Assembly (NCBI GenBank): GCA_963772365.1
Contig: CAVYXA010000001.1
Span: 832,001-896,000, forward strand
Source of the DNA: an uncultured Verrucomicrobiae bacterium
GTDB lineage: Bacteria; Verrucomicrobiota; Verrucomicrobiia; Chthoniobacterales; UBA10450
Length of the DNA stretch: 64,000 nt
Reading direction: 5' to 3'
Both the position numbers and the translations under genes were made by a program. The notes under the pieces are model-generated. The model saw only the letters and a program-made list of their open reading frames with translations. It had not been told where the DNA came from and made no database searches. The stretch's first letter is position 1. Every line of letters starts with the position of its first letter. Below, piece after piece: positions 55,022 through 64,000 of the stretch.

Positions 55022-55182
55022 AATCGCAGCTTGCGCGCCAACCAAAAGCATTTCAACATTGGCCCCAGCTATGGCCCCCCAGCCTTTCCTTACCAGGCGG
55101 CATCGTGATCGAATCCCCAGAGTTTTCATCTATGTCCGTCTGCGGCACGCCGTTAGCTTCTACTCCCGTTGCCTACACACAC

Positions 55183-56334
55183 ATGACAGCTACGTCTAAT
55201 CAGCCGGAAATCCTCGTCATCGATGATGAAATAGGCCCGCGCGAAAGCCTTCGGATGTTGCTTAAGCCGGATTACCAAGTCCATACCGCCGATTGCGTGG
55301 AAGCAGGTCTCAAGCTGCTCAAGGAGAAAACGCCCGATACCATTGTGATGGATATCCGGATGCCCGGCATGAGCGGCATCGATGGCCTGCGCAAAATTCG
55401 CGAAATTGATCCCAATCTTTCCGTCATCATGCTAACCGGCTTCGGCGCTCTGGAAACTGCTCGAGAAGCAATCCGGCTCGGCGCAAATGATTACATCAGC
55501 AAGCCGTTTGATGCCACTGAAATGCGAGAAGTCATCGACCGCAACGTCGAGCGGACGCGTCTTCATCGCACCAGTGAACATACTTCCGCCGAGATCAAGG
55601 AACTGAACAATCGCCTGCTCAAGGAACTCGCCCAGAAAGAACGACTCGCCGCCCTGGGCCAGGCTTCGGCCGAATTCGTCCATGATTTGGGTAACCCGCT
55701 AACGATCGTATGGGGTTACGTGCAACTTCTGGCCAAAAAGCTGGAGGGCTCTGATAATGGCCAGGCGCCCGACAAAGCCTTGTCCGTTCGGGAACTGAAC
55801 ATCATCGAAGAAAATGTCCGGCTTTGCCGCGAACTGCTGACCATGTGGCAAAGTTACGGTAGCGTTGACGCCTGTATCCGCAAACCGATTTCCGTATCGG
55901 ACATCGTCCGTGAGATTCTCAAGGGTGTCGGTCAAATGGCAGCCGAGAATGGAATCGAGCTGAAATCGGATGTGTGTGAAGATGCCTGCTCTCTTCTCGG
56001 CGACCCAGTTCAAATCCGGCGCGCCATTCAAAATGTCGTGATCAACGCATTGCAGGCTTCGACGGAGAAAAAGCACCCGGTTTTGGTGACGTGCGTACGG
56101 AAAGATTTTTATGTCGACATCATTGTCGAGGATGGCGGGACCGGAATTGATGCAGCGCACATCGAAAAAATCTTTGATCCATATTTTACCACTAAAAAAG
56201 GCAGGAGCGGAACCGGCCTGGGCCTCTACATCACGAAAAAAGTTGTCGAGGATCACAATGGTTCGATCAAAGTAGATAGCGCCATCGATAAGGGAACGGT
56301 TTTCACGATCCGGCTGCCTCTCACGAACAATTAA
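55183..56334 (+). CDS. Hybrid response regulator / histidine kinase (REC-HisKA-HATPase)
   Basis: [50 protein letters not shown]. Confidence 0.92.
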   Translation: MTATSNQPEILVIDDEIGPRESLRMLLKPDYQVHTADCVEAGLKLLKEKTPDTIVMDIRMPGMSGIDGLRKIREIDPNLSVIMLTGFGALETAREAIRLGANDYISKPFDATEMREVIDRNVERTRLHRTSEHTSAEIKELNNRLLKELAQKERLAALGQASAEFVHDLGNPLTIVWGYVQLLAKKLEGSDNGQAPDKALSVRELNIIEENVRLCRELLTMWQSYGSVDACIRKPISVSDIVREILKGVGQMAAENGIELKSDVCEDACSLLGDPVQIRRAIQNVVINALQASTEKKHPVLVTCVRKDFYVDIIVEDGGTGIDAAHIEKIFDPYFTTKKGRSGTGLGLYITKKVVEDHNGSIKVDSAIDKGTVFTIRLPLTNN

Positions 56335-56448
56335 AGCGTAGGCACGTCGCTCTGCACCGTTCCCGCAGTTTGGGGCCCGCGCCACGACCTGCGGATTGAA
56401 AATCACGTTTCGCTTGTCAGTTCTCGCGCGTTTCGTTTTGCTGAATGC

Positions 56449-58503
56449 GTGGCATCGGCGTACCAAGTCGCACCATTATTCTTAATCCGGATGGCCAGCG
56501 TGCCGTTTGATGCAATTGAACCGCTGTCCACGCCGGAGACGATCAAGATTGCGCGTGAAATAATTGCGGCGCCGAACGATGTAATTGCTTCGGGGCGCCT
56601 GAGTGAAATGGTGGTCCGTGAAGTCGGGTCAGCGCGAGCCTCACTTTGGAACGCCGCTCGGAATTGGCTCGCGCCCTATCTTGTTTTCGCAGGCAGCGGA
56701 GGCGTGCGCGAATTGCTTGCGCTTCTGCTGGGCAAACCAGATGTTGATCTTACGCGACGCAACTCGCGCGCCGGCGATCGCGAACGACATTTGCTCCTAT
56801 TTATTCAAAGGATCACCGCTAAGAACGACACCTTCAGTCGTTTCGGCCCCACTAGCTGGGGCAGAGTCGAACGCGACGAAAACGGAATCACCATCGATGT
56901 CCTACCGGGGATCCGTGCGCAGGAAGCTTTTCTGGAGCGTTGGACAGCTCACGCCGTCGCTGATGTAATCAATTCCGAAATTACCGATGCCAATATTCGA
57001 GTGCCGGCGCTCGAGCCGCATGCTTTCGAAATCTTGTGCGAGGATGTGGAAAAATGGCAAGCCGGCGCAGCTCGCGAAAGGTGGATCTCAATCCTCCGTT
57101 CCATAGCGGCCCTGCCGAAAAAATTCGTGGCCGCAGTGGATACAAGCGATCGACAGTCGATCCTCGATGAGGCTCGGGAACGACTCGGCGCAGTTGGTGC
57201 AGTTCGAACCCGCACCGATCGCTTCCTTTATGCAGCGACTAATCCGATCGGCGAAGAATGTTTTCGCAAAAGCAATTTCTCAATCCCCCAAAGTTCGATC
57301 GACGAACTCGTCGAGGATAGCTCACCATGGATCGATTTGTTCCGTGACACCTATGCATTCGTAGCCAGTCGCGTCGCTGCGACTCTGCGCCAGATCATGG
57401 AAAGAGCGGGCGGGAAAAGCGGCGCTATACCGCTGCCAGTATTCTTAAAGACTTGCGAAGTGGCGAGGCTTCCACTAACCGGCCCGGGTTTGATCGCGCC
57501 CGCAGTTATAGCCTTTCAGGAAGTCAAAGCCGCGTTTGCGGACCGGCTGCGGCGGCATCTCGATCTTAATGAATACGAACTTACGGCGGACGATTGTCAC
57601 GTTGTGCGAAACAATTTTGAATATTCAAAGTTTGATGAATACACCTATCCGTCAGCCGATTTGCAGATCGCAGCGGAGTCCACACAGGCGCTCGCGCGAG
57701 GCGATTATCAATGGCTGCTGGCAGAATTGCATCCAGCGGCGGCGCTGCTTCAACACTGCATGTATTGGGCGTGTCCGGACAAGCCGGTGCTGAATGCCGC
57801 AATCGCTCGTACAACTCTTGGCCGGCCGAATTTTCATTTTGGGTTTTTTGCGGCCGATTTCACGGCGCACACCTGCGTGCACCTTTTCGATGCGCTGCCG
57901 GACTTAACCAGCTTCGTCGCGCCGCAGCGTAGTAATCCTAAATGGCGAACGATTTCTCCCGCCGAAACAGAAGTATATGCCGATCAAAACACAGGGGACG
58001 TTTGTCTCCGTAAGATCGACAGTCGCGAGTATCTCGGGTCATTTGCTCGGGCGTGGGTGATTCCGCTTGGTTTTCATCCCTTCCAATTTGGAATGGCGCC
58101 GCACACGCCACGGCTCCATTGCGGCAAAGTGATTGTCCAACGGCGTACTTGGACAGTTACCATAGAGGAATTTGGCTCCGGAGACTTCAAGGGCGTTTCG
58201 AGCGATCTCGTCCTGGCCGTTGAGAACTTGCGCGCACGGCGCGACTTGCCGCGATACATTTACATTCGTCCAACCGAGCAAGCGCTTCGCCGCAGCGGTG
58301 CGGAAGGGCGCGACAAAGATACCAAGCCGGTTTTTGTCGATCTTGAGAGCTATCTGTTTCTCGAAATTTTTTATCGCTGGTTAATCAAAGCGGGAGAACT
58401 GGAAGTAACCGAGATGTTGCCCGATCCGGATCATTTGCTCTGGAAAGAACCGGATGGCCGCCACACCTTCGAGCTGCGCACGCTCATTGTTCCACGCGAA
58501 TGA
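56449..58503 (+). CDS. Stand-alone lantibiotic dehydratase N-domain protein (small LanB / PEARL-like)
   Basis: FLIR.ASVP, QRI.AKNDTFS.FGP..WG, HTPRL..G.VIVQR..W, LPRYIY, KP.FVD.ES, VTEMLP....LW..DGR.TFELR; no elimination domain. Confidence 0.8.
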   Translation: MASAYQVAPLFLIRMASVPFDAIEPLSTPETIKIAREIIAAPNDVIASGRLSEMVVREVGSARASLWNAARNWLAPYLVFAGSGGVRELLALLLGKPDVDLTRRNSRAGDRERHLLLFIQRITAKNDTFSRFGPTSWGRVERDENGITIDVLPGIRAQEAFLERWTAHAVADVINSEITDANIRVPALEPHAFEILCEDVEKWQAGAARERWISILRSIAALPKKFVAAVDTSDRQSILDEARERLGAVGAVRTRTDRFLYAATNPIGEECFRKSNFSIPQSSIDELVEDSSPWIDLFRDTYAFVASRVAATLRQIMERAGGKSGAIPLPVFLKTCEVARLPLTGPGLIAPAVIAFQEVKAAFADRLRRHLDLNEYELTADDCHVVRNNFEYSKFDEYTYPSADLQIAAESTQALARGDYQWLLAELHPAAALLQHCMYWACPDKPVLNAAIARTTLGRPNFHFGFFAADFTAHTCVHLFDALPDLTSFVAPQRSNPKWRTISPAETEVYADQNTGDVCLRKIDSREYLGSFARAWVIPLGFHPFQFGMAPHTPRLHCGKVIVQRRTWTVTIEEFGSGDFKGVSSDLVLAVENLRARRDLPRYIYIRPTEQALRRSGAEGRDKDTKPVFVDLESYLFLEIFYRWLIKAGELEVTEMLPDPDHLLWKEPDGRHTFELRTLIVPRE

Positions 58504-59291
58504 AAATCATTGCCATTGCCAATCAGAAAGGCGGCGTGGGAAAAACCACTACTGCGGTCAACCTCGGTTGCGCCCTAGCGGAAAAAGGGCAGCGCATTTT
58601 GCTTGTCGATTTTGATCCTCAGGCCAACGCCACTAGCTCGTTTGGTTTGCAAAATTTGAATGGATCGAGTCTGTATGAACCGTTACTCGGCGAAGCATCG
58701 ATCATCGACAAGATTGTTCCGACTCGCTGCGAGCGCTTGTTCATAATTCCGGCCGATCTCGACCTGGCCGGCGCCGAATTGGAAGTCGCCAGGATGGAAA
58801 ATCATCTTTCCCGTCTGACGGAAACTCTCCAGCCGCTGCGCGCCGACAATACTTTCGATTTCGTGCTGCTCGATTGTCCGCCGTCTCTCGGCATCTTAAT
58901 GACAAACGCTCTGGCCGCCGCCAATGAGCTTCTGACTCCAATCCAGTGTGAGTATTTCGCTCTGGAAGGCCTGGTGAAAATTGTGCGCGTAGTCGAACAA
59001 ATCCGCGATTCCGGCGCGAATGATCGCCTCGAGATCGGCGGCATTGTCATGACGATGTTCGACAGTCGCACAAATTTGAGCGCCCAAGTTGTAGCGGATG
59101 TGCGCAAACATTTTGGACCGCGCGTTTACGAAACAGTGATCCCCCGCACTGTTCGATTGAGTGAAGCACCAAGCTTCGGCCAATCGATCCTCGAATACGA
59201 TCCGCGCGGACCTGGCGCCAGCGCCTATCGCGCTCTGGCAGAGGAATTCCTGAAGCGACAGTCGATCGTGTTTGCAACCCAGTCTCACTGA
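58500..59291 (+). CDS. parA: ParA/Soj family ATPase
   Basis: IANQKGGVGKTTT, DPQANATS, DCPPSLG, QCEYFALEG, VRLSEAPS.G. Confidence 0.93.
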   Translation: MKIIAIANQKGGVGKTTTAVNLGCALAEKGQRILLVDFDPQANATSSFGLQNLNGSSLYEPLLGEASIIDKIVPTRCERLFIIPADLDLAGAELEVARMENHLSRLTETLQPLRADNTFDFVLLDCPPSLGILMTNALAAANELLTPIQCEYFALEGLVKIVRVVEQIRDSGANDRLEIGGIVMTMFDSRTNLSAQVVADVRKHFGPRVYETVIPRTVRLSEAPSFGQSILEYDPRGPGASAYRALAEEFLKRQSIVFATQSH

Positions 59292-59304
59292 TACCCTTTG
59301 ATCG

Positions 59305-60423
59305 ATGCCGAAAACGAAGACAAAAGCGGCCAGTAAAAATATTCATGCCGTCCTCGGCTCCGATGAAGCTGAGGTCAAACGTGTGGCGACGGAGTTGTCC
59401 GAAAAGCTGACGCCGCCGGGCGCGGGCGACTTCGGATTGGAAATTATCGACGGCGCGGTCGAGAGCGCCGATCAGGCGGCGGCTCGAATCGGATCGACAA
59501 TTGAAGCATTGCGAACGTTACCTTTCCTCGGTGGCGGAAAATTGGTTTGGCTGAAGAACGCGAATTTTCTTGGCGATTCGCCTGCGAGTCGGGCTGCCGC
59601 TGTTCAGGAACGTCTCGATGAGTTGGGCGCGCTGATCGAAAGCGACCTTGGCCCCGACGTCACGTTCCTGATCAGTGCCGTTGATGTAGATAAACGCCGA
59701 TCTTTTTACAAACTGCTTTCCAAACGCGCCGAACTGCAGGTCTTCGACAGGCTCGATTCATCGCGAACCGGCTGGGAAGAGGAAGCAATGGAACTCGTTC
59801 GGAACCATGCCAGGAAAAAGAAACTTCAATTCGACGATGATGCGCTTGAGTTGTTCGTCCTGCTCACCGGAGGCGATACCCGCCAGATCGAAAATGAATT
59901 GGACAAGATCGACATCTTTCTCGGCAAAGAGCGCAACATCAGCGCGAACCAAGTGCGCGAACTCGTGCCGCTTTCCCGGGCAGGAGTGATTTTTGAACTG
60001 GGAAATGCGCTGGCCGAGCGCGATCTGAAACGAGCGCTCACACTGGTGCGGCGACTTCTCGACCAGGGCGAGAGCGCCATCGGCATCTTGCTGGTTGCGG
60101 TTGTGCCGACCATCCGAAATTTGCTGCTGGCGAAAGATTTGATGGAGCGGCATCGATTACCGCGGCCGCATGTTCCATTTCAGTTCATCTCCGCGATCAA
60201 TCGGCTCCCCGCCAACGCTACAGAACATCTGCCGCGCAAGAAGGATGGCGCGATCAGCGGTTATGCACTGGGGATTGCCGCTCAGCATGCTGACCGATTC
60301 CAAACCGCGCAGTTGATCGAAGGCATGCGAGCGTGTCTGGAAGCGAATCTCCAGCTGGTTACAACCCAGCTCGATCACGAGCTGATCTTGACGGAGACCG
60401 TGGTGAAGTTACTGGGGCACTGA
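59305..60423 (+). CDS. holA: DNA polymerase III subunit delta
   Basis: LPFLGG.KLVW.K, DKRR.FYK, L....GGD...I.NEL.K, IFEL.NAL. Confidence 0.8.
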   Translation: MPKTKTKAASKNIHAVLGSDEAEVKRVATELSEKLTPPGAGDFGLEIIDGAVESADQAAARIGSTIEALRTLPFLGGGKLVWLKNANFLGDSPASRAAAVQERLDELGALIESDLGPDVTFLISAVDVDKRRSFYKLLSKRAELQVFDRLDSSRTGWEEEAMELVRNHARKKKLQFDDDALELFVLLTGGDTRQIENELDKIDIFLGKERNISANQVRELVPLSRAGVIFELGNALAERDLKRALTLVRRLLDQGESAIGILLVAVVPTIRNLLLAKDLMERHRLPRPHVPFQFISAINRLPANATEHLPRKKDGAISGYALGIAAQHADRFQTAQLIEGMRACLEANLQLVTTQLDHELILTETVVKLLGH

Positions 60424-60484
60424 TCAACCATAGAGCGTTTCTTTGAACCCCGAACGCGTTCGGAGGGCACAGCCGCCCTATAAA

Positions 60485-60919
60485 TTACGGTCGGCTCGCC
60501 ACCTGTTTTCGAGCCATCGGACCAACGTATGGAATGTCCCAGTAAACGCTGGTGAACGCTTTGACCGTGGCGATGATCCAGATGACCAGAAAAAGAAGTT
60601 GGACAAGACCGGCAATCACAGACCAGAGAAAATTCAAAAAGCCGCCAACGCCGGGTATGCTGCTGAAAATGAGATGCACGATTCCGGACGCAATGTTGAA
60701 CAGCAGCCAGGCAAAACCGAAAATGATCGACTGCATGGCGTAAAAGCGCACAAACGAATTCCGCTTTTCCAAAATATAAAAAATGACTCCGCCGATGAGC
60801 GGGATGCAGGCAATCGCCGCCGCCAGGTTCGGCGGCAGATCGGTCGAGGAAGGCTCGCTCGTTGGAGCGGCCTCAGGAATCAAAGGCGGCGGTGGGATCG
60901 GCTCGGTTGGATCGGCCAT
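60485..60919 (-). CDS. DUF4870-like membrane protein
   Basis: NLAAAIAC.P.IGGVIF..LEK.N.FVRFYAMQSI, KAF......IP.VG. Confidence 0.75.
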   Translation of the reverse strand: MADPTEPIPPPPLIPEAAPTSEPSSTDLPPNLAAAIACIPLIGGVIFYILEKRNSFVRFYAMQSIIFGFAWLLFNIASGIVHLIFSSIPGVGGFLNFLWSVIAGLVQLLFLVIWIIATVKAFTSVYWDIPYVGPMARKQVASRP

Positions 60920-61026
60920 GGCTTACATACACAAACTCAGACACGATTTTGTCAAGCCAACTTCACTGGTGGTTCTTCGATTTTCATTTTGGCGCAGACG
61001 CGACAATCGTTACTCTGAGGTTCTCC

Positions 61027-62089
61027 GTGATTGAACTGAAAATTTACCCGGATGTTCCCGCGATAATTGGGACTGGGGTCCTCAAACGATTGGTCGACTT
61101 TGCGAACAAGAATCTGGGACCGCGCTGCGCAATCATTTCGGATACAAATGTGGCCAAACTTTTCGGAGAACAAGTTCGACAAAATCTCTCGGCAGCCGGT
61201 TTAGAACCAATTTTGATTACAATTCCAGCCGGCGAACAATCGAAAACGTTGCAGCAAGCCGGCACAATTTGCGACCAGATGATTGCGTCGAGATTGGATC
61301 GACAATCGTTCGTAGTTGGTCTGGGCGGCGGTGTTATCGGTGATATCTCCGGATTCGTCGCGGCGATTTTCCATCGTAGAATTCCGCATGTGCAAATTCC
61401 GACAACGTTGCTGGCGATGGTGGACAGCTCGATCGGCGGCAAGACCGGAGTGAACACGCACGACGCAAAGAATTTGATCGGCGCCATCCATCATCCAGCG
61501 CTCGTGATCGACGATGTCGATTTTCTAAAGACCTTGCCGCCGCGCGAGCTCAACCAGGGGTTTGCCGAGATCATCAAGCACGCCGTCATCGCCGACGCGG
61601 AGCTGTTTGCTGATTTGCAGCAGGCCAGCCGAAAAGAATCTCTGGATCTGCCAGAGTTAATTCGGCGCAACATCGAGATCAAGTCCCGCATTGTTGCGCA
61701 GGATGAATTAGATCGAACAGGACCCCGCGCTTTACTCAACTTTGGGCACACCGTTGGTCACGCCATCGAAAGGGCGAGCGATTACAAAACCTTTCTCCAC
61801 GGTGAAGCAGTCAGCCTCGGAATCGTCGCTGCGTCCAACGTTTCGACGAAGAAAGCCGGTCTGCCGTACCGAGCAACGCGACCCCATCGTCGATCTTCTT
61901 CGCGCTTTCGATTTGCCAACAAAGCTGCCGTCAGATTTTCCCCGGGCGAAGATTTTCGAAGCGCTGCCGTACGACAAAAAATTCGATAGCGGAGAAGTGC
62001 GTTTTGTCGTAACTGAGCGAATCGGGTCCGCCCATTTATCGAACGACATCACGATGGAAGATATTCGTGAAGCGGTTTTAGCTTTGTAG
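61027..62089 (+). CDS. aroB: 3-dehydroquinate synthase (frameshift near 61870)
   Basis: GE.SK, LGGGVIGD..GF.A, PTTLLAMVDSSIGGKTG, AEIIKH, LNFGHT.GHA.E, HGEAV. Confidence 0.95.
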
Positions 62090-62106
62090 GAAAGCTGCCT
62101 TGAGTG

Positions 62107-62220
62107 AAAAGCAATGCGAGGACGCATCGCACTCCTAAAGCTTCGCAAAAACATGGCGCGCATTTCTCCATTTTCGCACGCAGTACTTTCGGAGTGCGTT
62201 ACGCGTCGCCGCGTCGCTTT
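62107..62220. repeat. REP/BIME-like element (AAAGC..GCACTCC ... TTCGGAGTGCG..CGCTTT family)
   Basis: aaaagcaatgcgaggacgcatcgcactcc nearly identical to 4047-4077. Confidence 0.75.
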
Positions 62221-63527
62221 CACTTGCGCGCGTTGCGATAGTAGTTGGTCAGTCCTTCGACAACTCCATCCGCATATTCGCGGAAAATGCTTTTGCGCTC
62301 GCGGCCGTTGATATTTTCTGTGCCTTTATAATCGCCGGCCTGGATCCGAGCAAACGCGTCGCGGCTGTTCATTACGTAGGGCTCGCAGTAAACGACCGGG
62401 CAACGATAAATTCGCGTTGCCAGCAAATTCCGCGCATAGACGTAACCTGTCGATCCTACTTTCGTCGTCACGAGCGTGGTTGGATATTGATAGGGTGGCA
62501 ATTGAGTCTCCTCCGCCATGGCGGCGGCAACGGAATCCGCCAGCGGCAGCTCTTCATCATAAACGCGGCTGAGCAGACGGCGGATCATTTCAAAGCGCTC
62601 GTCATCGAGTTCGAGTTCCTCAGGCAAATACGAACCATTCACCAGCAAATGCAGATGGTTGGTGTCGGTTAAGATCGGATGTTTCGGATCGCCCCATCCT
62701 TCGGCATTGAAGTGCAAACAGAGCACGAGATCCGGATGCAATTTCGTGTTAACAAAAACTGCCCGGCGGCGGATCTCGCTGTAGCGATAAAATAAAATCT
62801 CGCTCTGCCATTTTATCGTTTTCTCTTTTTCGGGGTCGTTCGGGTCGAGCACATCCTCGCGTGGTCGCGGCACTCCGTTCTTGATCAAAATTTTCCTGGC
62901 CAGCTCTTTGAAATCGTCGGGCCGTTTCACGGTGATCGGTTCGGTGCTTTTTCGAACAAAGGAGACGCTTGCGCCCAGTTTGCCCAATTGCGGAGCAAGC
63001 AACCGCGCCACGCGCAAAGTCAAATCGCCTTCGGTCACGGGCTCGCTTTCGCCGACTCGGAACCAGCGCTCCTCCATTTTCGCCCAACTTCCGCCGAGAT
63101 GGCCGGGATCGAGCGCAATTCGCAAGCCATCGAGCGGTTTGTCATCGGTCGGAGGCGGCAAAGCCGCGGCCGGATGCCAAAGCCGTGGCACATGCTCGCG
63201 GGAAGCGTTATCAGCGGCAAATCGCAGTGTGAAATAATTGTGTGACGCGCGATCCTTTAGAATCTGCACGGAATCGTTGTCGATCTTGAGGAGATCATCG
63301 GCAAAGCCGTGCGTGCAATAAACATCGCGAAGCAAATGTTCGAATTCATCGTGCGTAATCGTTTGCTGATAATGCTCGAGAACATGCCAGCGCGGTTTGC
63401 TGCCAAGAATGCTGACGGTTCCAGCTGCATGAAGAGTTATCGGCAGGATCGACAACAGAAAAAATGACGAGACGCGAATGGCGAAGGACGAACGAGAACG
63501 CGGAGTTCCTTGGAATTCATCATTCAT
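62220..63527 (-). CDS. N-acetylmuramoyl-L-alanine amidase-like protein (Amidase_3 fold; start approximate)
   Basis: IALDPGH.GG, EGDLTL, LCLHFNA, VVYCEP zinc-amidase motifs. Confidence 0.72.
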   Translation of the reverse strand: MNDEFQGTPRSRSSFAIRVSSFFLLSILPITLHAAGTVSILGSKPRWHVLEHYQQTITHDEFEHLLRDVYCTHGFADDLLKIDNDSVQILKDRASHNYFTLRFAADNASREHVPRLWHPAAALPPPTDDKPLDGLRIALDPGHLGGSWAKMEERWFRVGESEPVTEGDLTLRVARLLAPQLGKLGASVSFVRKSTEPITVKRPDDFKELARKILIKNGVPRPREDVLDPNDPEKEKTIKWQSEILFYRYSEIRRRAVFVNTKLHPDLVLCLHFNAEGWGDPKHPILTDTNHLHLLVNGSYLPEELELDDERFEMIRRLLSRVYDEELPLADSVAAAMAEETQLPPYQYPTTLVTTKVGSTGYVYARNLLATRIYRCPVVYCEPYVMNSRDAFARIQAGDYKGTENINGRERKSIFREYADGVVEGLTNYYRNARK

Positions 63528-63584
63528 TACTAATTCGACATTCGTCATTGGGATTTCGTCGTTTTTCAAATACGATCCTGTTCG

Positions 63585-64000
63585 ATGTTGAGGATACTTT
63601 TTCTCGGTGACGTGGTGGGCCAGCCGGGGCGAAATGCGATTATCACGCGCTTGCCTGAATTGAAGGAACAGCTCTCGCTCGATTTCATCGTCGTGAATGG
63701 CGAGAACGCAGCGGGCGGGCGCGGGATCACCGGAAAAATTACCATCGAGCTCCTGCGTGCCGGTGTATCGGTCATTACCACCGGCGATCATATCTGGGAC
63801 CAAAAGGACATTCAGAGCTTTATCGATACGGAACCGCGCTTGCTGCGGCCGGTAAATTATCCGGTTGGCGCGCCGGGGAACGGATCGATCGTGTTGGAAA
63901 CATCCAAGGGGAAAGTCGGCGTGATCAATGTGCAGGCGCGAACGTTTATGCAACCGATCCTGGAAAATCCATTTCACGCTGTCGAAGCAGCTGTGGCCAA
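63585..64000 (+). CDS. YmdB/TIGR00282-like metallophosphoesterase (partial, runs off the window)
   Basis: MLRILFLGDVVGQPGR, VNGENAAGGRGIT, ITTGDHIWD, LRPVNYP. Confidence 0.9.
   Translation, partial: MLRILFLGDVVGQPGRNAIITRLPELKEQLSLDFIVVNGENAAGGRGITGKITIELLRAGVSVITTGDHIWDQKDIQSFIDTEPRLLRPVNYPVGAPGNGSIVLETSKGKVGVINVQARTFMQPILENPFHAVEAAVA

Noticed and set aside
54860..55030. Replication origin (DnaA-like boxes, parA nearby)
   Set aside because: Only two good boxes, and no dnaA/dnaN or clear DUE repeats; kept only as a possible regulatory site.
62220..63977. 585-aa ORF with a long N-terminal extension
   Set aside because: The first ~150 codons are antisense to the YmdB-like gene on the + strand.

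Overview
Gene-dense, GC-rich bacterial chromosome segment. Its gene content (PEP-CTERM proteins, PafA/Dop-family ligase, Kelch/FG-GAP surface protein, prepilin-type protein, lpxD) fits a soil Verrucomicrobia/Chthoniobacterales-like organism; this is an inference. It carries many housekeeping genes (eno, prfB with its programmed +1 frameshift, iscS-like, cysE, glgB, glgC, xseA, ruvB, purH, fba, lpxD, parA, holA, aroB, exbB/exbD, a heptosyltransferase). About 20 genes are broken by single-base indels, most likely long-read assembly errors. No rRNA, tRNA, CRISPR array, integrase or transposase was recognised. Main points of interest: (1) a translationally coupled operon of an orphan FabF-like ketosynthase with an altered catalytic triad (Cys/Tyr/Asn) and two sensor kinases, divergent from a hybrid receiver-kinase, which is a candidate new signal-synthase/receptor system; (2) next to it, a stand-alone LanB-N/PEARL-like enzyme coupled to parA-holA with no visible precursor peptide; (3) tandem PEP-CTERM paralogs followed by an AlkP-TPR-sulfotransferase fusion; (4) a four-helix-bundle gene between exbB and exbD, flanked by inverted heptamer arrays; (5) several REP-like palindromes inserted in frame inside protein-coding genes; (6) an orphan PafA-like ligase; (7) a diverged duplicate of a gene 3' end. 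All family assignments come from motif recognition by eye, not from database searches.
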